Of a stretch of DNA of 64,000 nucleotides, positions 31,136-40,756 are shown piece after piece. The translations under genes were made by a program, and so were the position numbers. Each line of letters starts with the position of its first letter. The first letter of the stretch is position 1. Below the pieces are notes generated by a model, which was not told where the DNA came from, did not search any database, and saw only the letters and a list, made by a program, of their open reading frames with translations. The stretch comes from Aureliella sp. GTDB lineage: Bacteria; Planctomycetota; Planctomycetia; Pirellulales; Pirellulaceae. The DNA is taken from contig OY829846.1 in NCBI GenBank assembly GCA_963691875.1, forward strand, positions 3,776,001 through 3,840,000, written 5' to 3'.

Positions 31136-32035
31136 GTGAACCAGGTTCGCACAACCGAACAACGCAATCCAGCTTCGATGGAAATCGATCGACTATCAGC
31201 GATCGAGATTGCGCGATTGATGAACGAGGAAGACCAACATGTGCTGCATGCTGTTTCGGAAGTTCTCGAGCCCATTGCCCAGGCCGTGGAAGCGGTTGCA
31301 GATGCTTTCCGCCGAGACGGACGTTTGATTTATATTGGGGCAGGTACCTCTGGTCGTCTGGGAGTCCTTGATGCATCGGAATGCCCTCCGACTTTCAACT
31401 CGGATCCATCTCAAGTCGTCGGCTTGATCGCCGGTGGAACGCGGGCGCTGACCCGCGCAGTCGAGGGCGCTGAGGATTCGCGAGAGCAGGGGGCGGCTGA
31501 TCTTAGCGGGATCAATCTCCAACCCCATGACGTACTTGTCGGTATCGCGACCAGTGGACGAACACCTTATGTGCTGGGTGCGGTCGACTATGCTAAGTCT
31601 CTCGGCTGCACAACGGTTGGAGTCAGTTGCAATGCGGGGTGTGAGCTCGAATCTCGAGTCGAAATCCCTATCACCGCCGTCGTCGGACCAGAAATAGTCA
31701 GCGGATCCACTCGTCTGAAATCAGGCACCGTCACGAAACTGATACTCAATACCTTGACCACAGGCGCGATGATATTGGTGGGCAAAACCTATGGCAACTT
31801 GATGGTTGACTTGCGGGCGTCGAACACCAAGCTCGTGGATCGTACACAACGCATTGTATCGGAGCTCACTGGCCTGTCGAGCGAGGAGTCTATTGAGCTG
31901 TTGAAAACATGTGATGGCGAGCTCAAAACTGCAGTTGTCGTGCACTTGCGAGATTGCAAACCCAATCAGGCCCGCGGGCTCCTCGATGCGAGCGGTGGCC
32001 ATCTTCGCGCAGCACTTGAGCAGAAGGGAGGTTAG
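31136..32035 (+). CDS. murQ: N-acetylmuramic acid 6-phosphate etherase
   Basis: TEQRNP, GAGTSGRLGVLDASECPPTF, SGRTPYV, GPEIVSGSTRLKSGT, NLMVD. Confidence 0.95.
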   Translation: MNQVRTTEQRNPASMEIDRLSAIEIARLMNEEDQHVLHAVSEVLEPIAQAVEAVADAFRRDGRLIYIGAGTSGRLGVLDASECPPTFNSDPSQVVGLIAGGTRALTRAVEGAEDSREQGAADLSGINLQPHDVLVGIATSGRTPYVLGAVDYAKSLGCTTVGVSCNAGCELESRVEIPITAVVGPEIVSGSTRLKSGTVTKLILNTLTTGAMILVGKTYGNLMVDLRASNTKLVDRTQRIVSELTGLSSEESIELLKTCDGELKTAVVVHLRDCKPNQARGLLDASGGHLRAALEQKGG

Positions 32036-33004
32036 GTGGCTGAGAAGTGGAACTATGTTCTTGGCGTCGATGCTGGCGGATCCAAAACAGAAGCTTGGGT
32101 CGCCAAAGTCGTAGCAGGGCCGCACCGAGCTAATAGGGTGGCCATAGGCCGAGGAACAGCAGGCTCAGGCAACTTGCTCACCGCACCGGGGGACGCAAGA
32201 GAAAATGTCAAGTCAGCAATCGAAGCGGCAATAGCCGATGCCGCAATTGAATGTAGCGTCTCCAAGCCCTTGCAAGCCTCGTGTTTCTGCATGGCTGGAG
32301 CTGGTCGACAAGAAGTTTCACAGGAATGGCAAGCCTGGGGCCAGTCGTTGCCGCACTTGGGACAAGTCCGAGTGACGGACGATGTCGAAGCCGTCTTTCG
32401 CGCTGGTTGTAGATCAGGTTCTGGAATCGCACTCATTGCTGGCACTGGTTCCATTGCCGTTGGACGAAAATCCCCCGGCAGCGAACGTCTGCGCTGCGGT
32501 GGTTGGGGTCCTCTGATCGGCGATCAAGGCAGCGGCTACTGGCTCGGCAAACAACTTTTGCGGGCAGCTAGCTCGCATGAGGATGGCAGACGCAACTGCC
32601 AAGAACTCTTCGATGCAGTCCTCAAGCACTTCCACGTCGAGCGCTTCACCGACCTGATTCCGCAAGTTCAAAAACTGGATCGCAGCGAAGTGGCTCAGCT
32701 CTCAAAACTCCTTTTTGAACTCGCTCAGTCAAAGAATGCGGACGCAATCGCAATAGTGAGTCTTGCCACGAAGTGCCTTTCCGATCTCGTTTTGCATCTT
32801 ATTGATCATATGGCATGGCGGAAAAAAACCATAGAGATCGGCCTAGCAGGCGGATTACTTGAGAACTCGCATTTTTTTCGCGAGCTCTTCGTGGCGAAAT
32901 TAGAAGATCAATTGGAAAAGCCTGAGTGGCAAGCGACCACGCATTTGGTCGAGAAGCCAGTGGCGGGAGCAGTATCGCTCGCCGCTGAAGAGGTCCAATC
33001 ATGA
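32036..33004 (+). CDS. BadF/BadG/BcrA/BcrD-family amino-sugar kinase (MurK/GlcNAc kinase-like)
   Basis: GVDAGGSKT, IAGTGSI, GGWGPLIGDQGSGYWLG, LAGG; abuts the murQ stop. Confidence 0.88.
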   Translation: MAEKWNYVLGVDAGGSKTEAWVAKVVAGPHRANRVAIGRGTAGSGNLLTAPGDARENVKSAIEAAIADAAIECSVSKPLQASCFCMAGAGRQEVSQEWQAWGQSLPHLGQVRVTDDVEAVFRAGCRSGSGIALIAGTGSIAVGRKSPGSERLRCGGWGPLIGDQGSGYWLGKQLLRAASSHEDGRRNCQELFDAVLKHFHVERFTDLIPQVQKLDRSEVAQLSKLLFELAQSKNADAIAIVSLATKCLSDLVLHLIDHMAWRKKTIEIGLAGGLLENSHFFRELFVAKLEDQLEKPEWQATTHLVEKPVAGAVSLAAEEVQS

Positions 33005-34170
33005 AGGTCCGGCTAGGCATCGACCGGTTGCTGCACGAAGAAACAGACTGCCTCGAAGACAAGCGTTTCGGACTGCTCGTCAATCAAGCTTCCGTCACCG
33101 GTGATTTGCAATACAGCGCGGATGCGATCAGCAAGCGATTTCCTGGCGGCCTCACAGCTCTTTTCACACCTCAGCATGGAATGTGGGGCGAGCAACAAGC
33201 GAACATGATCGAGACATCTGATGAGGTCGACAGTCGACGCGAGATTCCGATCTACAGTTTGTATGCGGAAATCCAGCAACCTAGCGCAAGGATGCTAGAA
33301 GGACTCGACTGCCTGGTCATTGACCTACAAGATGTCGGAACAAGGGTTTACACCTATATCTGGACACTCAGTCTTTGCCTAGAGGCTTGCGCGGAAGCAG
33401 GGGTCCCGGTCCTCGTGCTCGACCGGCCAAATCCACTCGGTGGTCAGATCATCGAAGGCCCGACGCTGGATAGCGACTTTCGGAGCTTTGTGGGTCGTTA
33501 TGAAATCCCCGTGCGTCATGCCCTCACCGTTGCCGAGTTCGCGGCGTGGGCAAACGAAGAATATAAGATCGGCGCCGACTTGAGCGTGCTTCCGATGCAA
33601 GGCTGGGATCGCTCTATGGGTTTTTCGGAGGCGGGCTTAGTCTGGGTGCCACCTTCTCCCAACATGCCACGGCTCGAAACAGCCCTGTTGTATCCTGGCA
33701 TGGTCTTGCTGGAAGGAACCAACTTATCCGAAGGACGTGGAACGACACGGCCCTTCGAAGTCGTCGGTGCTCCCTTCATCGACTCTGAACTAATGGCCCG
33801 TGATTTAAGGCAATTCGAGTGCCCAGGATTGGAGATACTGCCCACTCGATTCGAACCTACCTTTGACAAGTGGCAAGGGCAAAGTTGCGGAGGCGTTGCC
33901 TTCTACATAACCGACGCGTCCGCCGTCCGCTCTTACAAGCTCGTGATTGCGATACTCTCGATTGTCCGCAAGCACTGGCAGCAAGAATTTGAGTGGTTGC
34001 CGCCGCCTTACGAGTACGAATACGAAAAGCCGCCGATCGATATCCTGAGCGGTTCCGATGGATTGCGACTCGCTTTGGAGAGCAATGTAGATTCGATGGA
34101 ACTTCTGAACAAGCACGCTGGCGCTGATGACGAATGGCTGGAGCAGGCAGAGAGCTTTTTGCTTTATTGA
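33001..34170 (+). CDS. DUF1343/NamZ-family protein without signal peptide
   Basis: GLLVNQAS, PQHG, DLQDVGTRVYTYI, DRPNP, PSPNMP, EGTNLSEGRGT; ATGA overlap with the kinase. Confidence 0.88.
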   Translation: MKVRLGIDRLLHEETDCLEDKRFGLLVNQASVTGDLQYSADAISKRFPGGLTALFTPQHGMWGEQQANMIETSDEVDSRREIPIYSLYAEIQQPSARMLEGLDCLVIDLQDVGTRVYTYIWTLSLCLEACAEAGVPVLVLDRPNPLGGQIIEGPTLDSDFRSFVGRYEIPVRHALTVAEFAAWANEEYKIGADLSVLPMQGWDRSMGFSEAGLVWVPPSPNMPRLETALLYPGMVLLEGTNLSEGRGTTRPFEVVGAPFIDSELMARDLRQFECPGLEILPTRFEPTFDKWQGQSCGGVAFYITDASAVRSYKLVIAILSIVRKHWQQEFEWLPPPYEYEYEKPPIDILSGSDGLRLALESNVDSMELLNKHAGADDEWLEQAESFLLY

Positions 34171-34324
34171 GCGCAATTGACGCGAATTCCTGCAAGTCCC
34201 CTAGCGCTCAACTTAGGAGATATTTATTTACTCTCCCTCCCTAGCCCGGAGAGGCCGACCCTCCCAACTCCTCGACTCCTGCGCTGCGCGTGGAACCGTC
34301 GACAAGGGAAGGTGTCGATCCTAG

Positions 34325-35326
34325 TCAACAACGATCGACGGGGAAGGCGAGAACCTCGCGAATGTCTTTGGCGTTAAGCAGGACCATCAGCAGCCGATCA
34401 ACACCTAAAGCACAGCCGCTTGAGGCCGGCATGCCGTCGTCCATAGCAGCGAGTAATTTACTTTCCTCAGGTAAAGCTGGTCTTCCGTCTTGCTCTCGCT
34501 CGCTGTTCACACGTTTATTGCGCGAGCGCAGTTCGGAAGAATCCGTTAGCTCGTGGTAGCCATTCGCCAACTCGACACCGCCGATGAATAACTCGAAACG
34601 CTCGGCCGTCCTGGAATCTGCCGCACTCAGTTTGGCCAATGCTGATTGCGTAGCAGGATAGCCATGAATAACGCAGGGCCTATCCTTTCCGAGGCGTGGT
34701 TGCACACACTCATAGAACAGCAAGTTGAGCCAGTCATCACGATCGTCAGAAAACGATGTGGCGACATCACAGTGCTTCGTCGCGGCTTCGATCAAGCTGC
34801 CCAAATCATCGGCAAGCGGATCACACTCCGCGTACCGAACAAACACTTCTTGGTAGCTCATCACTTCTGCTGAAGTCCAGGGTGTCACAGCCTGGACCAG
34901 ATCGGAAAGAAGCGCAATTCCGGCTTGCATGTCGTCGCCTGCCCGATACCACTCGAGCATGGTGAATTCTGGATTGTGCATTGGGCCGTATTCTGCGGCT
35001 CGGAATGCAGGGGCGATCTGGTAGAGAGCCGGCACATCTGCACACAGCAATCTTTTCATTGCGAATTCTGGAGAAGTCTGGAGATAAAACTCCATGCACT
35101 CGGCATCTCCTTCCGTTCCTGCCGGTTGATCAATTGCAATCTTCGCTTGGCAGTTCGCTACTGGAACAGCGATGGGATCTAAGTGTCTGTCCACCACGGT
35201 ATCGCGACTTAGCACTGGTGTCTGCACTTCGATAAACTCCCGTTCCGCAAAGAATCCACGGAGTGAGGACAGTAATTCTGAACGCTTGCGCAACGTTTCG
35301 ATCGTCGAAGTAGGTCTCCAATTCAT
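34325..35326 (-). CDS. epmA: EF-P lysine aminoacylase
   Basis: LysRS catalytic core without anticodon domain: YLQTSPEFAMKRLL, HNPEFTMLEWY, AERFELFI, ELANGY, GCALGVDRL; start taken as ATG 35326. Confidence 0.9.
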   Translation of the reverse strand: MNWRPTSTIETLRKRSELLSSLRGFFAEREFIEVQTPVLSRDTVVDRHLDPIAVPVANCQAKIAIDQPAGTEGDAECMEFYLQTSPEFAMKRLLCADVPALYQIAPAFRAAEYGPMHNPEFTMLEWYRAGDDMQAGIALLSDLVQAVTPWTSAEVMSYQEVFVRYAECDPLADDLGSLIEAATKHCDVATSFSDDRDDWLNLLFYECVQPRLGKDRPCVIHGYPATQSALAKLSAADSRTAERFELFIGGVELANGYHELTDSSELRSRNKRVNSEREQDGRPALPEESKLLAAMDDGMPASSGCALGVDRLLMVLLNAKDIREVLAFPVDRC

Positions 35327-35431
35327 GAGGTCCTCGGTTAGAATGGGGCAGTAGAAGTGGCAGTCGGGACATCGGCCAACTTCTCGCTGACTTATCTTCC
35401 TGTGCCTCGTCTCGTGTAAGCAATACGTCCA

Positions 35432-36448
35432 ATGATGAAACTGAGTGCTGCTGGCAATTATTGCCGAAGAATGGGAATCGGTCTGCGGGCAGGCGTCGAT
35501 ATCCTGCGGCTTCTCGAGACGGAGACGAAGACAGGGGACAACAAGCATAGGGAAACGATGCAGCAAGTCATCGCGAGCGTGCGCGGGGGTTCAGACCTTT
35601 CAAAAGCGATGCAGGAGCATCCGCGTTACTTCCCCAAGTTGCTGATTCAGATGGTGAGCGCAAGCGAAATGGGTGGCCGCTCGGACGAGATGTTCCATTA
35701 TATGGCCGACTACTACGATGACTTGAAGAAGACGCGCTCGGACTTCATCGGTCAGATCACATGGCCCATGATTCAGCTAGGGATGGCGATCGCTGTCATC
35801 GGACTGGTCATTTTGCTGCAGGGCATTTTGTCACCTAATAGCACCTACGACGCATCGGGGGTCGGCTTGCGTGGCGTCAATGGATTCTATCTTTACTGCG
35901 CAGTTGTATTCGGGACTTTGGGCACGCTGCTGACCATCGCCTTTGGCCTTTGGAAGAACTGGTTCAACTGCCATCAGACTGTGGTGCCAATCGTTCAGAA
36001 GATTCCGGTGCTGGGAACTGCGTTCGTCACACTGGGACTTTCGCGTTTGAGCATGACCCTCTCCATGCTGCTCAATGCTGGAGTGGAAGCCAAGCGGGCA
36101 ACGCGGCAAGCCTTTCTATCGACGGGCAATTTCTACTTCATTGGCGGTATGGATCGCTCCATCGACGCAATCGATCGCGGCACGAGCTTCGGCGATGCCT
36201 TTGAAGAATCCAAAGTACTTCCAGAAGAGTTCATTGAAGGCGTGAAGATCGGGGAACTCAGCGGTACCGAAACAGAATCGCTTGATCGCCTAGCCATCAA
36301 CTACAAGGATCGCGCCAAACGAGCCTTGGGAACTATCGCCAACATCGCCAGCTATGTCATCTGGATTACGGTGATGATGCTCATCGCTTTTATGGTGATC
36401 CGAATGGCGCTGCAGTATATCAACACCATTAATTCATTCTTACCTTAA
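35432..36448 (+). CDS. Type II secretion/type IV pilus platform protein (GspF/PilC family)
   Basis: Two T2SSF repeats (VRGGSDLSKAMQEHPRYFP; GTSFGDAF...GELSG) and three TM segments. Confidence 0.85.
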   Translation: MMKLSAAGNYCRRMGIGLRAGVDILRLLETETKTGDNKHRETMQQVIASVRGGSDLSKAMQEHPRYFPKLLIQMVSASEMGGRSDEMFHYMADYYDDLKKTRSDFIGQITWPMIQLGMAIAVIGLVILLQGILSPNSTYDASGVGLRGVNGFYLYCAVVFGTLGTLLTIAFGLWKNWFNCHQTVVPIVQKIPVLGTAFVTLGLSRLSMTLSMLLNAGVEAKRATRQAFLSTGNFYFIGGMDRSIDAIDRGTSFGDAFEESKVLPEEFIEGVKIGELSGTETESLDRLAINYKDRAKRALGTIANIASYVIWITVMMLIAFMVIRMALQYINTINSFLP

Positions 36449-36687
36449 ATCTTCCTGGGCGTCATTAGGCAACCGGCAGTTCTGCTCTGGTACGCCTCGC
36501 TCCTGGGTCTTCACTCGCCGAGGTTTCAACTCTGCACAAGGTAGAGCACTGTGGGAAGACTACGCACACATGCACAGGTTGCAGCAAACACCGGTGAAAC
36601 ACTTGACTGAAATTTACTACACCGGTTGATTGCGATGTAAATCCGAAATTCCCCTAAGAGCAATTCGATCATGGTTGAGTCAGACGA

Positions 36688-36936
36688 GTGCCCATCGTAT
36701 TGAAGATGCTCCTCATCTTCGGCGAAAAAAGATGGATCAGCCTTTCGATTCTGATTCTTCTCGTGCTTGCCTTAGAGATCCCTTTGGCGTCGGTGATCAG
36801 AGCGCTATATCCCACCGTAGACTTCGATCCTCCGTTGCTCTGGAGTGTGGCGAAGATGCTCGTTGCCTTTCATCTGCCAGTCTTTCTTACGCTCGTCGCA
36901 CTCAGGTTTTCGGGTGTCAGAATGAGCCTTCGGTAG
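36688..36936 (+). CDS. Possible small two-TM membrane protein
   Basis: 82-aa ORF with two hydrophobic segments in an otherwise unassigned gap; weak start. Confidence 0.4.
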   Translation: MPIVLKMLLIFGEKRWISLSILILLVLALEIPLASVIRALYPTVDFDPPLLWSVAKMLVAFHLPVFLTLVALRFSGVRMSLR

Positions 36937-37304
36937 TTGCTGTTCAGGGCAAGCGTTTCATGGTTCGAATCGTCACCTGCAACACGCACCTTCTGCCTCC
37001 AATTGCTTTGCCCTTTGCCGGCAAACGCAGCGCTGCCGCCCATCTTCCATAGAGAACGAGTGTTTTTTATTCGCAAAAGAGGTCCATGAGGTTACGTGTA
37101 GAATATCGCAGAGAGTCGCTAACCAACGGTCGCGGACTCGTCAGCCCTGTTTTGCCAGCGAGCAAGAGGACTGCACACACTTGCTGTCGCGATAGATGAA
37201 CAGTTAGTGGGGTCACCTTCACTACACACGACGCCGTACTGCGCTCCTGACGGCCTACGTGGATCTTTCGTGGCTTTATCGTCAGCAGCTCACGGGATTG
37301 ACTT

Positions 37305-40244
37305 CTAAGTACCGCCGAGTTGAAGAGGATTTGCTGGTGTCAGCGAAAGCGATGCACTCTCCGGCGCTTCCCTTGTTTCGGGGACAGGCGGGATCTCTTT
37401 AGCGGCTTTGATTCTCGAATCCGAATCCGGCTCGGCGATCGAAGCTGCTGGTGGATCAGCCACTCGAAGATCCGATTCCACTTCACTGCCTGTGTTGTAG
37501 TCACTGCCTGTGTTGTAGTCACTGCCTGAGTCAGTAGGAAGATAGATGCCTGAACAGATTGGTTGTTGCTCCATTAGGTATCGCATCTCGCGCGAGTATA
37601 TCACGCATGGAACCTTGCCATAGACTGGAAACGCCCAATCAGGCAAATCATAAGCTGGTTGCGGTGTGACTTCCTCGTTTCGCAAGTCTTGCCAGAATCC
37701 GGTCTCGTCAACAGTTAGCAGCTCTAAGTCAAGGAAGAGTTGAGTCCGATCCAAGATGTAGTTGATGTGTCGGCTCGCAACGCTGCTGAGTGCATTGATG
37801 TAAGCCGTCTGAGCTTCCAGGAAGTCGCGCGCCGAAACACCGCCGGAACCGAGCCTAAACGCCAGTGAGGTACTTACGACACGTTCATAAGCCAAAGCTG
37901 CACTCGCTACAGCTATCAAATACTGCTCGCGGTCGAGTGCCAAATTTCGCAAATCATTTCGAACAGAGAATTTGATCGAGTCCTCAAGCTGCATCAAGTT
38001 GCGAAGAGCCCGCTGGTAGGTGATCAAGGTTGCTCGAAACGTATTTCTTTGAGCAAAGCGGTTGAGCGGTGCGTCGAACCTCACTCCGAGTTGCGTGGTA
38101 CTATCCTCGAAGGAGAAGTTGAATGGCTGATTGGTAGTCGGGTCCGTACGAATCACTTGTCTAGCACTCAAGTCCAGAATCGACTTCAGATTGTCCGCAG
38201 CCAACTTGATTTGCCTCCAATCATCGACAGCTTGCTCTCGCTGGTTCATCAAATCAAAACGAAGAACCAAGGCCGTTAACATCGCGTCGTCTGGATCAAT
38301 ATCGATCGGCTTGAGCCCGTACTGTGGCGTGTTCAGGGTCTGCGTCACGGACTCTACGAGCAACTCAGCCTCAGCCAGAAGCCGCTTCAAATCCAATTCT
38401 GGATCGGATTCGACCTGGATGCCCAGGTAGGTATCAATCTCCGCGATCAAAGCATCAAAAGTTGCCCGTACACCGTCACTTGATTTCACCAGCGATTGGA
38501 TCTCGCGATTGAGTCGAAGATTCTTGTCTTCTAGCGCTTGATTGAACTTGGTGTTGAGGGTTTCCGTTTGCTCAGCCAATACGACTTGTCTTTCTGCAAA
38601 TTCGACAAGCTCTTGAGTCACCTTCTGCGCTTCTGCCAGCTCAAGCTGTCTGGTCACGACATCTTGCTGGGAGTTTGCATGTGCGATGGAACGTCGAAAG
38701 ATGGTCGATACTCTCGGATTCTCGCTATTGAGTTCAGTCTCGAGAGCCGCCAGCTCTTTCTGACTGCCAATACGCGCCTCATCAAGCAAAAACCGAGCTC
38801 GAGCTAACTTTAGATCCGCAATCTTATCAGCTTCCATATCATCAGTGAGATTCGCCGCTTCGGAAATGCGATCGATAAGAGTCGCAGCCTTGCTTGCTAA
38901 TACGCTTCTGTCAGGCTGCTTCATCGCGCTTTTCAGCGTCCGCAACATCCGGTTGGTTAGATCCGACGAAACCGAAAGCTGATCCAGACGCGTTAGCTCA
39001 TTTAGCTCCTTTAGATCTAGGTTGAGCGGCGTTTCCGTTGGAATGCCCATCGAAATTTTGAGACTGTCTAAAGACTGCTCAACTCCGTTGCAAGTTCCAA
39101 TCAAGGAGCCACGAGCGTTCAGCAAGTTTTGCTCCACTTGGTCCACTTGGACTCGGGGAACACTACCTGCACCAAACTCTGCCTCAGCCTGATTGAAGGC
39201 CCGCACTAGCGAGAAGTAGTTTTGCGATTCAATCTCGATCTGGCGAAAGGAGAGTATCAGACGATAGTAGCTCGATGCAAAATCGACGAAGAACTGTTTT
39301 CGGAAGCGAGCAAAATTACGAGCCGCGTAGACTACGTTGCGCTCTGTTTGAGTCAAGCCTTCGAAGCGAATGTCGCGTTGCAGGAGCGGCTGTGTAAAGT
39401 CGACTAGGATGTTCGAGCTCACATCTGCTGCGAATCCTGAAGGACCATTGAAAGTTAGCAAGATGTTGTTGGCGAAAGAGGCGAGAACATCGCCACCAGT
39501 GACCAAGAGTTTGTCCCCAGCGACGCCGCTCGGAAACGACAAATTGTTCTCGGTGATTCCGAGTACGCGGTTGTGTGTGAAGCCAAGGTCGGTGCCATTA
39601 CCAAAGTTACTGAACTTGTTGGCGTAAGCAAATCGCTCTTGAGACAAGGCCAGCGAAACAAGGAAAAGCGACTCTTTCTGCGTTTGGTACTCGCGACTGT
39701 TGAGCAACGCGATGTCGACAACATCCTCAAGCGTGAGGCGATCTTCGCTGCTAGAAGCTCCAGACGCAAATGCCTCGAAGCCAGGATAGGTCTCACTGGA
39801 GTATCCCGCCTCGTCCTGAATCGAGTCGAACTCGGCCATCCTACGGAGACACTGACGTGGCAGATTCTCCCAGGCGTTCGGTGGGATAGCAACTCCACGT
39901 GGTGCATCTGGCTCGCTCGAATCACGTTCTGCATCTGATGCCAGCTCTACGGCGAGAAGCTTGGATCGCAGTTCAGGCAGTCGGTATGCGTACAGTTGAG
40001 GCGTTGGGCATGGCAATCGAGGAGACACGAGGCAGTCCAGTGGTGCCAATCGTGACTCGGGCGAGGGTGTCAGGGTGAAGCCAGCTGGAACTGCCCATGG
40101 CTTCGCCGCTGTTTTCTGTTGAAGCAAGCACTGCGCGTCCTGATTCGCTCGCCGGAAGTACCAAGTCCGAGAACGGCACCCAGTCATCAACATCGTGATA
40201 ACGAGAGCAAAACTCAGGATTCTCGCGGCTCCAGCAGGCCTCAT
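37305..40244 (-). CDS. Large TolC-family outer-membrane efflux lipoprotein
   Basis: Lipobox LMTGC; LNSREYQTQKESL, QPLLQR, TQTERNVVYAARNFARFR, APLNRFAQRN, RDFLEAQ. Confidence 0.85.
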   Translation of the reverse strand: MRPAGAARILSFALVITMLMTGCRSRTWYFRRANQDAQCLLQQKTAAKPWAVPAGFTLTPSPESRLAPLDCLVSPRLPCPTPQLYAYRLPELRSKLLAVELASDAERDSSEPDAPRGVAIPPNAWENLPRQCLRRMAEFDSIQDEAGYSSETYPGFEAFASGASSSEDRLTLEDVVDIALLNSREYQTQKESLFLVSLALSQERFAYANKFSNFGNGTDLGFTHNRVLGITENNLSFPSGVAGDKLLVTGGDVLASFANNILLTFNGPSGFAADVSSNILVDFTQPLLQRDIRFEGLTQTERNVVYAARNFARFRKQFFVDFASSYYRLILSFRQIEIESQNYFSLVRAFNQAEAEFGAGSVPRVQVDQVEQNLLNARGSLIGTCNGVEQSLDSLKISMGIPTETPLNLDLKELNELTRLDQLSVSSDLTNRMLRTLKSAMKQPDRSVLASKAATLIDRISEAANLTDDMEADKIADLKLARARFLLDEARIGSQKELAALETELNSENPRVSTIFRRSIAHANSQQDVVTRQLELAEAQKVTQELVEFAERQVVLAEQTETLNTKFNQALEDKNLRLNREIQSLVKSSDGVRATFDALIAEIDTYLGIQVESDPELDLKRLLAEAELLVESVTQTLNTPQYGLKPIDIDPDDAMLTALVLRFDLMNQREQAVDDWRQIKLAADNLKSILDLSARQVIRTDPTTNQPFNFSFEDSTTQLGVRFDAPLNRFAQRNTFRATLITYQRALRNLMQLEDSIKFSVRNDLRNLALDREQYLIAVASAALAYERVVSTSLAFRLGSGGVSARDFLEAQTAYINALSSVASRHINYILDRTQLFLDLELLTVDETGFWQDLRNEEVTPQPAYDLPDWAFPVYGKVPCVIYSREMRYLMEQQPICSGIYLPTDSGSDYNTGSDYNTGSEVESDLRVADPPAASIAEPDSDSRIKAAKEIPPVPETREAPESASLSLTPANPLQLGGT
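37483..37528. repeat. 18-bp in-frame tandem repeat (about 2.5 copies) in the TolC tail
   Basis: TCACTGCCTGTGTTGTAG at 37483 and 37501 plus a partial copy at 37519; encodes GSDYNT GSDYNT GS. Confidence 0.9.
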
Positions 40245-40265
40245 ATTGACTTTCCTACTACAGTC

Positions 40266-40303
40266 TGAGGGTTTCAGTGTTGGTGAGGGTTTAAGTGTTG
40301 GTG
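40266..40303. repeat. 18-bp direct repeat upstream of tolC
   Basis: TGAGGGTTTCAGTGTTGG followed by TGAGGGTTTAAGTGTTGG (17/18 identical). Confidence 0.8.
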
Positions 40304-40756
40304 TAGCAATCGTTCAACAACCCGGCCACACGGGCAATCGTTTGATGTCCGGCCGGATTGGCTTGTTGGCCATCACAGTTCAGTTGTACAGGGCTTTGCT
40401 CGTAAGCGGCCTATCTCAGAGACTCGCTGGCTGGGATGTCCGGCTTACAGGGACACGACCAGGTCTTGATTGGACGCCGAGTCAGCTCTTGCTACTTAAA
40501 CCGTTCGGCAGATTGGAAGGGATCATTCCGACGGTTTCGGTTATAATTCTGAGTCCAGCCTTACCCAGACGAGGAGTCGTACCGATTGTTCGGCTCGTTC
40601 CGCCTGCCCGCCCTTCGAGTGTCGTCAGCTAAGCCAATCGTTAGGTTTTTACCCTCAATTACTTCGCGTTTTGCTAGCTCCCCACCGCAACTCGCCTCGC
40701 CATGCCGAGGTTAAAAGGTATGCCCGGAGTTCCGGCTACCTAAAGAAAGTAGAACT

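Noticed and set aside
35327..35566. 80-aa N-terminal extension of EpmA
   Set aside because: Overlaps the divergent gspF-like gene; the EpmA-like sequence starts at MNWRP.
40195..40632. 145-aa ORF in the tolC/adaptor spacer
   Set aside because: Overlaps the tolC start antisense, has no motif, and occupies the expected divergent promoter region.
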